DNA from: Ramazzottius varieornatus | Lineage: Eukaryota; Animalia; Tardigrada | DNA length: 64,000 nt | Reading direction: 5' to 3' | Assembly (NCBI GenBank): GCA_001949185.1 | Contig: BDGG01000010.1 | Span: 753,773-817,772 of the forward strand | Shown here: one piece after another, positions 51,517 to 64,000 of the stretch | How positions within the stretch are numbered: position 1 is the stretch's first letter | Layout of the letters: each line of letters begins with the position of its first letter | Notes under the pieces: model-generated | The model's input: the letters and a program-made list of their open reading frames with translations, nothing else | What the model was told of the DNA's origin: nothing | Database searches by the model: none | Program-made: the position numbers and the translations under genes

Positions 51517-54500
51517 ATGTTCAAACTGGAATCGATCGTGACACCTCTCCTGGCCAACTACCTTAACAAATACATCAAGGACTTACGTGCCGATGATCTG
51601 CAGTTATCTTTATGGAAAGGCGAGGTTGTGCTGAACAACTTGGACTTACGACTGGACGCGATTGAGCACGACTTGGGACTTCCGTTCACGTTCGTGAGTG
51701 GGAACATTCAAGAGCTTCGCATAAAAGTACCATGGACGCGGCTGACGGCGGAACCTGTGGTTATCAAGGTGAACACGATGGAGTGTGTCATGCAGCTAGG
51801 TACCCCTTCGCGCAACGAGACACCGTTCGACTGGGACATGTTCGGCAGGACCAAGTCTGAAGCTCCACCGACGTCGCCACCTCCTGCCACCACAGCGCAT
51901 CCTCCACCGCCGGGCTACATGGAATTGCTTTCTACCCGCGTCATCAATAACGTGAAGATCCAAATTACGAATTTGATCATTCGATACGTGGAGGACGACT
52001 TCGCCCTGAACGTTCTGGTGAGTAAGCTTATAGTATATCTCGATCGAGCGCGAAAATTAGGAATATGAAGACAGCTGGCCATGACGTCATGCGTAGTCCA
52101 GTACAATGATCAGGGGCACGGCCTGGTGTTCAAGATTTTGCGTTGACGCCGTGCGTAGATTTGAATGGTGAAGCCGGGAAATTGAAATTATTGACTACAG
52201 TAATTCTTCCGATCTGAAACGTGCAGTACTTTGTGCAGGTGAAGAGTGCGACTTACTTTACGGTGAACGATAAATGGGAAAAGTCTTTTGTGGAAGTGGC
52301 CGCGCCAGATTTGAGCCTCCGCAGAGTGCTGGAGTTCCACGACCTCCACGTCGGGCTGGAGAAACGTCCAGCGGATGGGCAGGAAGTCGAACGCGCAAAG
52401 GATGCCACACCGCTGATCGAACGGACTTTCATATCCTGTAGATCCCTAACCAAGTTCGACAACGCGGATTGTCGGGTGATACTTGCAACTGTGATGAATA
52501 TTTTGTGTGATGAAGTGCATGTGCGTGTGACGGACACAAAGATTCCGATGGTTCGCCGTTTGGTGGACCTCGCGATTGCCTTTCACGCCGGTGTACTCAA
52601 GAATAAATATTCCATAGCAGACGAACATTTTGCAGGTTGGAATTATTACTTCTCGTGACTTTTCCATATCTTTACCGTATTTTCCCTTTCGTAGGCGGTG
52701 CGGAAACGGAGATGGATGGTAGCCTTACTCCAGAACTCGTTCCATCGCAGTTTTTACAGTCTACTGCGCCTACACCCGCACCCAAGAACTCTAGCTGGAC
52801 TTCTTGGGCGCTATCCTTGATTCCAACGGTTTCAGTTGTCGACGATAACGATGGGTTGTCTGAACACCCAGAAAGTTCTAACAGAAATTTTGACGTCACG
52901 AGAGCGAACACATTCGGCGTCTATGCCCGAAAGCTTTACCTGACATTCACGGTAACTTAGATTTTTTTGACGCTACCTTTATAGATTTTAATTGTTCTTT
53001 ATTTGTGGATTGCAGATGAAGGACACGCACTCGAAGACGAAAGGACCCACCATTCATCCAATTCTCCAGCTGGAAGCCGAGAATGCGTTCCTTTTTGCAA
53101 AGTCGCGGGAAGCCAAATTGCAGACATTCAGAGCAGCTGTGGGGTTCTGTCAGTTGGTCACATTGAAGGAGTGCCCTTGTGGTGAAGCTGGGTCTGATTT
53201 GATCGAGCTGACAAGAGTGAGTCCGAATTATTTTGACAAATTCCAACATGATTTGGTGTGGCTGTTGTCGATGTCATTTTAGCCGATACTGTCCTTCACC
53301 GAGTACGAAAATCCATTGACAGAGCGGTCGACACTTCTTAATGGGACGCTGTTCGGTTCGCAAGACGACGAGAAGGAAGTCATTGACACGAAAGCGCCCT
53401 ACGACACGCTTGAAGGATATCTACAGTGCAATGGCGACAGCTTACTGCTGAGTTCGCACGGTCCAGTGGTTGTTGATTCTTGCATGTCTATCGAGCCGCC
53501 AGAAGATTTCACCGGAAGTAAGTCCAGAGCACAGATTCAGCATAAGATTCAAAAAGAGAAACAAGTTCCAGTAAAACAGGGAAAATTCTTATACATTGTA
53601 GTCAGCATCAGCAGCATCGACGACAGAATTACGTTTGTTTACTTATCTGCAGATCTGGCAACGATGACGGGGAAAGAACTAGAAAGAAGCAATTTCAAAC
53701 AGGGAGCATCACTTCGTGTGATAGTGTCCCCGCTGATGGTCTCACTGGATAGTGCTGCCATGCACCGAGTTCAGTATCTTATGGAATGTTTTAATGCATA
53801 TCCGTACGCACCGTATGAGGACCTCATGGGTAAATACTTTTCTCACCAGCAAAATTTCGTAGTACAAACGACACTTTTGTTTTACGACAGGATCGATCGG
53901 AGTTGCGCACTCGAGAAGTCCTTCTCCGACCCTCCAAAAGCAGCCGCTGCCTGGGCCGATCCAAATTCCCATGAGGGAGCTACACATCGTCCTCCTGCGT
54001 CCTACACTCATGCTGGCTCCACCCACGCATCCCTCTCTGCAGCCCGGCGTCCAGAGGAAAAAGGTATGCGAACTTGTTGTCTGTTTCTGTTACTTTTTAC
54101 GTCCCAGAAGTCGATCTTGTTAGCTTCCGGCAATGATTCACTGTAGAGCTTGGTCTGCAGAATAAAGCGTCCACAAAGACGGAAGGACTACCAGCTTTGC
54201 TTTTCCAAGCCGAACGTCTGGCATTTCATCGGGCTATCCCTATTTACGAAGAAAAGGCGATAGAGTTAGCGGAGACAATACCGGAAGCTCACAGCAACGA
54301 GGAAGTTCGACAAGGATGCCTCCTCCACATAACTGTCGAAGTGAAGAGCTGTTCCTGTCTTTCCAGAGTTCCGCATACGCTACCTAAGTATAATTTTCTG
54401 GTTTCTTGCAGGTTGTCTCTGCCGAAGTTTCGCTGGCCATCATGACGTCGGGCGAGCCTCCACTTCGGGAAATCCGGACTCTAGCAACGCCACTGAACGT

Positions 54501-57500
54501 TGAGTACAACTGTGCTCGACCACTGGACAAAGAGCGTTACGCGAGACAGTGGGGCCAGCAAAGCCTGTATGGTGCCTTGACCATTCCCGGGCTCCAGCTG
54601 AACGCTTCGGTTCCCGAACTGCTACTGGTACACTTTTGTGTCTCGGGACTTGTGCAAGACATTGGCCCCTTCGCGTTTCATCGAACCTTCAAAGCTGTGA
54701 CCGAAAGCGCCTTTGAGAAAATCAAGCCTGATGGTACGACCGAAACTATTCACCCGCTTTCGAATCATACGAATTACACGAATCACGCTTTCACATTGCT
54801 TGCAGAGAATCTGGTCCGAATAGAAGTAAGAATTGGGAAACTATACGGAAAACATTCAGACGCCGAAGTGGCCACTCTTGTGGAATGTAGAGTGGAAACC
54901 GTAGAGCTTTCCCTATTGGTTGGAGGTACTCACATTCAAAATTATTTCGGCTACGAATGAGAAGTAAAGTAGAAAGTTTATGCAACTTAGAGCCATTCTT
55001 CGCAGAAACTTCCGCGACTTTACTATCTTCCGTGCTGAAGAACCCACAGGTAACGCAGGCGGCTGATGCGCCACTGACTAACACCACTAACCATACGGTA
55101 TGGCTGAACTTTACGTCTGACTGAGCACGGGAGTCGTTTCTGGGAATAATCCATTATCATCTTCTCATTACTAACAGTTGGCGAGCATGCGGATAACAAC
55201 ATACGGCTCATGCTTGAAAATCAGTACGGACTCTGAAACAAAAGGTTGGTTATCTAACATTGGTTTCCGCTCCACTATTTCATGGTATTACACGTACCTA
55301 AAAGACTGGCGTCAGAATAAAGTATAATCGTTCTACAGAAGTGGAATGCGCTTTACACTGCCCGACCCCGACGAAACTAACAATCTACCCCGACTTCATC
55401 TCCCACTTCATCGAGAACCTCGGAGTTTCGTACCAGTATCTTCGCGACTGGAGCCATGCGTCGCTCTACCGAGAAATGGTGGTGCCTTCTTCCCCAGCGC
55501 CCGTTGCCGTCGTTGTTCAGAACCCTGTCCAGAAAGTGTACAGTATTCACCACGAGAAGCTTTCGCTGAATATCTTGGATCCAGAGTTCGAATACCTAGA
55601 TGCCAGCATTCACTCTGGAAGGTTCTCCGTCAGCAGTCAGCACCCGAACTTGGCGGCGTATGGTTACGAGATGAAGGCGCTGATGGTCAACGTCGGTCGC
55701 TCCAGCCGAGATCCTTTCCTAGGCCCTGTGTCCGCTTCATTTCAGTTCGACTCGTTTGGCATCAACAACTCGGTAGCAAGCTTTGTCAACGGGCAAGTCA
55801 GCTTGGTACCTTTACGAATTGGACCAGTCATAGTCACCAAGGTGGCAAAAGTTGTACAGGAAGTACGGAAAGTTCTCGAGGTTCGTTTGGAATTTGAACG
55901 ATTTGAAAATTTTAAGCTTGTCAAATTGAGTGGTAAAATACTAGATTTTAAGTTCGTTTTTCTTTTCAGCTGCTGAAAACTAGCTTCGCGGAGCCTCATA
56001 TCGGGCTGGTGCCATTGAGGAAACTTCGTCCACCGGAACTCAAGGTCACCGTGAGCTACGATGACTTGCGGTCTCAAGCGTGGGATTATCAGCAGGTTTC
56101 TCCTCAAAACAAAAGCATCGGTAAGCTTACCTACTAAGTCATAAAACAGACGTAAGAAACCACTTAGCTTCTCATCGAGTTTGAAGCTTGAAATGCCATT
56201 GAATGCGTAAGACATCCATTTGATTTTCTGTACGAGTACGATTATGTAGGTGATGTTAGCGCGATACGACGCCTTGCCTTGTGGCTACTAAATTTATCAA
56301 GGCAAAAGCGGAGTCCGCTTCGCAGCATGACTCATTCAGCACAATGAAGCAACTTAGTGTTCCCGCACATCGCACCTGTTTCTCACCATAAAATTGGAAA
56401 TCGTACTGAAAACTAGAGTCAGTACGTTTTGGGATCTTCTTGACAACAATATGTGGGCAACAGTGGGGAAAATTGATCTGTTCAGTTAAAATTGCGTTCC
56501 CATCACGGAATGAGTGAAAATCTGGGTTTCGCTCAGAGTCTGAGTGGAGCGTCACAATACCCGGACGGCCAGATAAGTTGCTGCGTGAGGCAAGCAAACG
56601 TTAGCCTTGTGCACGGGCAGTACATCTCCAATGATGCCTAGCAGACGGAGATGTTATTGCTAATTGAAAACTGATACCAATTTCCCGCACGGTGGTGGTG
56701 AAATACCCACTGCCGATGCAATTTTTGGATGCCCGCAAGGGCAGCAATCAATCAAAGGAAGGGTGAGTGATGTGTGGACCGTTAGGGATTCTGCATGCTG
56801 AATGCGGGTCCCTGTTGTGTGGTCCCTGTCTCAAACGGAACAAGAGACCTGAAGTGTTCACTCACAGCTTTAATGGACAGTGTCAACATTTCATGAAGCT
56901 AAGCACACCGCGAATTGGGATTACAGATGGAATACCGAACGTCAACCAAGTGCGCTTCTGTGAGAGCGAGGCGACACAGACGATGACATGGAGATATCCA
57001 GAGCTGCGGACCATAACATCAGTGGCCATTATTCCTATCCCGTTCCAAGTGGACGCAGACGGGTCGGATGGCGTTCAAGAGGTGAAACACACAGTTTCAT
57101 CTTGCAGACTACTCAGCTGCAGTAACATGGTACTTCTTCGCCTCTTTAGATTGTATGCAGTCTGCAATATCTGAAGCGACCTGCCAACACCTTCATCGAC
57201 CTCCGCAGTTTCACACTGATGGAGAGCAAGGAATGCATGTTCCGCTTCCCGGAAGTAACGCCGCAAGACTTTGATCGTCTTCCCATCTCGGATGTCTGGC
57301 GGGTTCGTGTGTCCTACTCCATCCAAGACGATAGGTAAGGAAATACTTTCACTTGCGATCACACACCCACCTTTATCAATGGTTCACCGATATTGTTTTC
57401 TGGCAGTTCGGCCTGTCCGATCTCGGTACTTTCACTTGCGGGCTGCATGAAGATAAACTCGGGCATTATCATGGGCGTTGGCTCTTCGCTTCACGTGAGC

Positions 57501-60500
57501 TTTGACGTCGGGGTGGTCTCCGCTGGACTCATCCACCACGTCCCAGTTCTTCCAAAAACTCCAGGTGAACTATGGAAGCTTCGACCAGATCGTTTTCCCC
57601 CAAGTGACGCACGTTTCCATTGTTTATGACTGGCAGCGTGCGCCACTTGGCAACACGATCTTGGCAGGTCTGCAAACATGACAGACTCCTCCTTATTTGG
57701 GTTTGATCCTATATTAGGGCACAGTTTGATGAGTGGCTTTACGTACGACTCATCCTGTCCGTCTGACCAAGAGTTCTGTCGGGTGAAGCTCGACAAAGTC
57801 AGCTTCCAAGCTAGACTGGTGGGGGACGAGGAAAGCTCGAAGATCACGGTGGAGAGTGGCTTCTGGCTGGAGAGCGATTTCGTCAACTGCCGGTTCCTCA
57901 CTGTTCAGCCCTTGATGGAGCCCTGCTTCTTCAACTTCAACCTGTCGTACGTGATCGAAGATAAGATGTTCGTTCAGGCGAAAGTCGACTCGAAGACCCC
58001 GCTGGTTCTTCACTGCGGCCAGAACGTCCTCCATACGCTCAGCATGGCTTATTTGGCTTGGAACATGGTATATTAAATTCTGCGCAATTTCCCTGGTTAT
58101 CTGTCGAGCATTTTTGTTCATCGTTCCAGGCTCAAACTGGAATTTATTCGTCGCTGCCTATCATGAACCATATCGTCATATGCAACGACAGCTGTCATGT
58201 AGTCAGGATTCGACAGTATACCACAGATGAATGCATTTACATCAAGCCGAAAGAGATGCATCCGTATTCGTGGAGAAGCCAACGCGTGGACGAGGTGAGC
58301 TGGTTTGCTCACTTTTTCTAATCCTCTTATCGTAGACACATTTTCTTATTTTACAGAAGCTTCAGTTCAGTGTGGAAACTTACCCTAATTTATGGAGCGA
58401 AGCCTGTTCCATCATGGAGCTCGGCAGCAAGCTTTGTACTTTTCCCACGGCGGAAGACCTGAAGCTGGGCCTGGTTTGCAGCGTTCGTGCATTGAACAAT
58501 ATACAACGACAGGTATGAGACTATATGGACCACTCTCATGTGGATGGAGAAGGACGGCAGACAAGTATGTTGGAATTTTTTTCCAGGTTATTCTGGCCAC
58601 ACAGTTTATGGTGTCTAATCAGCTCGACTTCGACGTTGAACTTCAAATGTTCACGGAGCCAGATTACGTCTCGAATCCACTGGTGGAAGTAACCTACGAA
58701 AGTATTGTCTTTTCGTCGGGAACCACTTCTTCCACTCGATGTGTTCCTGTAGAGAAGATTCGCCGGTTTCGCGTGCGACGAACGGGTTCGCCATGGTCCG
58801 AAAGTGTAGTAATTTCAGCAAAGACCGAACATATCCTCATTCAAGTAAGCTACTTTCTCGAGCTGCGATATAATGTCTTTCTAACCAGTAGGAAGAACGC
58901 GAGAAATTTTCATTGTTGTTGTGCTGCAGATTCCGGCGTCTTCGGGTCTCACGATCGAGGCACGGTCCAGCCTGCTCTTCCCTCTCGCTCCAGCCGGTAG
59001 TCGACTGCTGGTCCTGTCGCCCGTAATGTCCACCAAGAACGAGACTCCTTACCACCTACGACTGGACGTTCGCTCAGCAGACGACATGCCGGTCCTCCAA
59101 GAGAGCATCCTACCGAACGATATTCGCACCCTTTCCACCTTGCGATATCGCAACGCGGACTACACAGTCCACATAACCAGAAGGCAAGTCTCTCCGAAAG
59201 CAAGTCAGTGCAATATGGGAGCTCGGCCAACAAACTCGACAAGAGCGTTAAATCCAGTGGCGCACTTTTGTATCAGCTGATAGCATGCGCCACTTATAAA
59301 ATCGATCGTCTCGAGTCTGCTTTGCCGGCATCCGGGTGCTGCTTTTTAACCAGTATATTTACAGTGAATCGAGTGGTGTTGCGGACAACTTCACCATCAA
59401 CCTAGAGAAAGTCCTCGAAGACCTCCCACCACGGCAAGTGATTACAAACTGTGCCGACCTGATCGGTGACACGACAGCAGCGGAAATCCTCGTCGAGAAC
59501 ATCCTGACACCACATCAGCGCAGACTCCACGAAGACGCCAACCGACCGGTTTCCTTCTCCACGGATAGCTTCGTTCTGCAACTCAAGCGTCAGTTCCCCT
59601 ACGCCGACACCATTCTTCTTCACATCAGGCCCAATGGCATCAAGGTCAAGAGCGAGTACGACAGGGACCTGGTGCTGTATGGTGAAGATGATGAATGTAT
59701 AGCGACCATTCCACGCAACGCTTCGACGACGATTCCGGTTTTCCTCAAAGGCCAGGTCCGACTGGGTGTGCAGAACGACGAAACCATCTACCTGTCGGAT
59801 TACTTCAACATTCGGCCGTTTCAAGAGCCACGCGAAGCTACTTTGACGGACTGTACACCGACTGGAGTTCTTACGTGTGATGGCTTTATAATAGTAACAT
59901 TCTGGGAGAAACTTAACAATCAATACTTCGTAAGCCCATTTTTCTTCTTGTCACTCAAACAGGTTGTGACTTTCGCCGATGCATTTCAGATTCATCATTT
60001 GACTTTACGGTTATTTGAAGAAAATTCCATCAAGTCCCTTCTGGTCACAAGTCGATACGTGGCGGTGGCAGCTTTAGAAACTTCATCCAACTTATTGCTG
60101 TCTTCTTTCGCCGTACCGAAGATTCACGCAAAGGTGAGTAAAAAAACCTGTCTACGGCCTTACTTCACTGCCCTTCTGACTTCAGACTGGTTGGTTTCCA
60201 AGATGAACTACGAAGAAGCAGTAAAGAGGACGCAGTACAGGAAAGTTGTCGCTGCTCCGGCCGTTCCATTGTCGCCTTTCCCCTACGTTGTTCCGGCCAA
60301 TCATCCGATCCAGTTGGACACCAGTCGCGCCACGGACCTCCTAACTTACGTTACCATGTCCTCTTCGACGTCCTTCGAACCACGATGGAGCTACCCGCGC
60401 ATGATCAGAGACTCGAAAAACAAGAAATCTAGTGTCATGACGCTGAACGTTCCTCTAACAACTTCCGCCAACCCGAACGACGTCAACGAATTTGGTGGAC

Positions 60501-63500
60501 TGTGCTGTAAGGTTTCGGTGGTCGAGGACCTCGGTATCTGTCATCTGTTAGTTGAAAGCACGACTTCGCCCAACTTGGTCTTTTACAACAACTGTCCGTA
60601 TCCGCTGACGCTGGGTGAAGGCTGTAGGAAAGGTCCTGGCATCTTCACGTTCGAAGAAAAGGAAGCTTTCTTACCGTTACCCATCGTCGAAGCAGGTGGT
60701 GTAGCCAGTTACAGTTACCCCAGTCGCGACGAAGAGTTCCCGGGTATCACTGGGACCGCACCCAACTACCAACTTCGAATTGGAAGAATTATCCAAACAA
60801 CCTCTTCGAATCAAACGGTGAGAAGTTATTTCTAAGCTTGTCAAACAAACTCGACTAGATCGCTTTCGCAAGTGGCGCACGCTTCCAGCCGCTGACACCG
60901 GAGAGGTGCGCCACAAGGGAGAAAAATCAAACCCGGCGAGATTGTTTATCCAAGTGGCACAGGTTTCCTGCCTTATTGGCTGCTATAATGCGCCACGTGG
61001 AAAAACGATCTGGACAAGTATGTCTGCCGAGATTCCACTTTTCTCTTTATTCGTGAAATCATCAAAAGCTGTAAGCTTTGTCTTTTCCCCCATTAGGTTG
61101 TCTGGAGTTCGACTACGGTGGATGCTTTCACAGCTACTAACGATCGCTTCGTTTCCATTCCTGGGATTTGCTACCTCAAGCTGACGTTCGTGCGTCATAA
61201 TCGAACTACCGTCAAGATCACCATCGACCCGTTAAGCCGCATTGGGACACCTGTCCAACCAGGAAGTGTTAATAGTCCAACCAACGAGAACGCTCTTTCA
61301 CCGGTGTTTCGATCAGCCGGTCCTTCACCGGAAGTGCTAGTTATACCGCTGAACATCGGCATCTCAGTCCTTCTGAAGAGTGTGGTGATTACGATTGACG
61401 ATGAAATCACCAGTCCATCAATGGTCGCCGAGGTCAGAATATTATCGCATAGAATGTCCGTAGACAACGCGCTAGAACAATGCCAACGAGCCAGTCCCAA
61501 TATTAATCGGAAGAATGCAGTTCCTAAATGTTCATTCTTTTGTCCTTCTTTTTTCAGGTCCTTCGATTGTCGGTTGACGACATCTCCTTGCAGTTTTACT
61601 GTGACGGTCAAACCAGCAAGACTTACGAGTGCGCCGTGAACGTTGGGGACCTTCAGCTGGATAACCAGCTGTACAGCGGTGGCTTCTACGATTTCCCTGT
61701 GATACTGGCCAAGGAGGACCCGACGAAGAATGTTCAAAGCGCGCTGAACATACTGTGCAAGCTCAATCCAAGCACACTGGCTCCAGAAAACGTCCACATT
61801 TCCCTAGCACCTATCGCCTGTTTCGTGGAAGACACGCTGGCTTTCCACCTGCTAAAACTGGTGGACACTTTCCTGGCACCGGCTTTGCTCGTCATACCCA
61901 CCACCACGAAAGATCAACCTCAAAGTACTTAAAGAACCAATACACGTAACATTACTCGAAATTAGCGTAGAAAATTATCATAAAAGTTGAGTGAGTGAAA
62001 GTTGTTACTGTTGTTACTGCCTTTCACTTACTTTGCTAATATGCAGCGAGCCTAAGAGAAGTACAAAACCCGAATCGATGCAACCACATGCACGATCAAA
62101 ACGAGACCCCGTTTTCTTCGTCTTTCCAGATGTGGCTGCGAGGTTGAAAAGGCTGGCCACGACGGTAGTTCTCGAGCGTATCCACATCGCCCCAGTGGAC
62201 GTTTACCTGTCCGTCCACGCCTCGCTCAAGATGTTCGTGGCATTGGACAAGACTTCGCTATCTTTCAATGAGATCGAACTGAACGATATCAACTCTACCG
62301 TAGCGGAAGTCTGGAACTTTGTGGCTATGCACTACATCAAAGGGACCCTTCTCCGTGCTGGCTGGGTTATTGGCTCCATGGACCTTCTGGGGAACCCCGC
62401 CAACCTACTTCGATCCCTCACTTTCGGTTGCAGCGCTCTGTTCGTCCGACCGTTCAGCTCACTGCATGCTGGCCCCGTATCCTTCCTCCAAGGTGAGTTT
62501 ACTCTTTGGGAGGTTAAAACGAAGCGTACATGATCGCTACCTCAAGTGGCGCAACTTATCGCTGTCACTGGCTGAAAGCGTGCGCCAATTGGGAAAACGG
62601 TCTTTTACGTCTCGTTTGCCGGCTTCTTCTTTGTGTCTCAGCAGTCTTACCCACGAGATGTACTTTCAGGTCTGGCTGAAGGAGCTTCGACATGTTTGAC
62701 CAAGATTTCCGCCGGGACCATTTCGTCCGTCACCAATTTGGCCGAGAGTGTCTCGCGGAACCTTGATAGGGTATCGTTGGACGATGAGCATGTGCAGAGA
62801 AGGATGGCTGCGATGTATAGACATCCAGAAGGTCTTGGAAGTGGTTTGAAGCAAGGTTGGTAAAACGGGGGGTTCACCACTCTGTGTATGGCGGGGCAGT
62901 TGTGACTAGCATGGTTTTTGTAGGTCTCAGTGTCTTCGGGATGGGATTGCTGGGTGCGGTGGCTGGTTTAGTGGACCAGCCCATGCAGGCAATGCTTCAG
63001 CCGTCTTTGACGCCCAGTCAGTACTTGACAGCCTTCATGTTGGGAGTGACGAAAGGAGTGGTGGGAGCCTTGTCCAAGCCGGTAGCTGGAGCTGCCAGCT
63101 TAGTTTCACAGACCGGCCAGGGTATGTATCCCAGACCTCCGGACTTTTCCGGACAGAAAAATAGAAAGTTGTTCAGGACGCAGTGGATAATTAGGTTTCC
63201 TGACGTTGGAAGATCATAGCTTTGAAATCATGATGAAGCTGCATTATTTTTTGACGCTGTAAACAACCGTAACCTTCGCCGATTTTTTCGACGTTCTACG
63301 TATGGTGTGGTGTTTTTGTTTATAAACTTCGAGCCTTTTCGCTGGTTGTGGAGATAACTTTTAATGAACCCGTCGACAGGGAACATACGCACTATCAATA
63401 ACGGTGCGCTATCTTTTCAGGAATATTGCGTGGTCATGGTCTACTAGACTTCCCTCCACGACGCTTCCTAACCGAGCCAAAGCTGGCGGCCGGTTTCCCA

Positions 63501-64000
63501 GAGTCCACGTTGAAGTACATTTGGTATGTGAAAATGTGCCTTAATATGCGGCAGCCCGGAATAACAGCTTCACTTACTTTGACAGGAAAGTCGCTCCGCT
63601 ATTGCCGAACACCGTTCGCACACTATGTGTCGTCCAAGCCGTCCCGATCGTTAGAGAGTTCGACCAAAGCTCTTCCGACACCGTCTGCCTGTTCCTCACT
63701 GACAGCGCTCTGTTCGTGATCAGCTCTACCGATGATGAATTCCGTCAAGCATATTCCCTGTCCAAACTGAGCATTCACCTGTCACGCCCTGTCAATCATC
63801 CTGGCGCAGACGATGTCATGCAAGTTACCTTGCTCGTCGAACCCGATCCCGGTGAGACCGTAACCACCGCCGAGGACTTTGATGGAGAGACCTGGCCGTG
63901 GAGTCAGAAACCAGAGAAGACTGTACCTTCCAGGCCGCATTCTTCAAAGTCTGGTTCAAGTCACATGAGTGGTAACTATTGTAAGGAAAGTTATTTCCTA
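51517..64000 (+). CDS. VPS13B: Vacuolar protein sorting 13B (bridge-like lipid transfer protein), many exons; probably continues past window end
   Basis: Chorein-N start MFKLESIVTPLLANYLNKYIKDL..DLQLSLWKGEVVLNNLDL..LPFTFVSGNIQELRIKVPWTRL typical of VPS13B. Also LQLDNQLYSGGFYDFPVIL, AGWVIGSMDLLGNPA, GLLGAVAGLVDQPMQ, KPVAGAASLVSQTGQG. Confidence 0.93.
57585..57664. repeat. Family C with extended arms (VPS13B intron)
   Basis: CCAGATCGTTTTCCCCCAAGTGACGCACG...CGTGCGCCACTTGGCAACACGATCTTGG. Confidence 0.85.
59256..59294. repeat. Family C core (VPS13B GC-AG intron)
   Basis: AGTGGCGCA...TGCGCCACT. Confidence 0.75.
60869..61000. repeat. Two tandem family C cores (VPS13B intron)
   Basis: CAAGTGGCGCAC...GTGCGCCAC (60869-60914) and CAAGTGGCAC...TGCGCCACGTGG (60951-61000). 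Confidence 0.8.
62542..62591. repeat. Family C core (VPS13B intron)
   Basis: TCAAGTGGCGCA...TGCGCCAATTG. Confidence 0.8.

Overview
Gene-dense, intron-rich eukaryotic (metazoan) DNA, not prokaryotic. Short GT-AG introns, tight head-to-head gene pairs and a bacterial-type enzyme are consistent with a compact invertebrate genome such as a tardigrade; the taxon is an inference. In order, the window holds: the 3' end of a bacterial-like GH32 glycosidase, a dopamine transporter (SLC6), a small secreted orphan, STAMBP/AMSH, a defective 2054-bp Tc4/Tc5-type transposon (TIRs, TGA duplication at CTNAG), Axin, UTP14, PP1 catalytic subunit, a miniature TADA1-like ORF, a divergent clathrin-heavy-chain-derived gene, MED8, U2 snRNA, a frameshifted Mpv17-family gene, a Gly/Tyr-rich secreted prepropeptide, PRP19, CHMP2A, an orphan coiled-coil gene, a decayed intron-containing hAT transposase, RRS1, SNF8 and VPS13B. 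Several MITE families occur, including a palindromic element seen 13 times, always in an intron. The best candidate for an undescribed system is the clathrin-derived gene: propeller plus truncated leg repeats, with the light-chain-binding and trimerisation region replaced by an IAP-type RING, i.e. a putative clathrin-scaffold E3 ubiquitin ligase. All homology calls are by-eye motif recognition; no searches were run. Multi-exon CDS coordinates give the start-to-stop span.
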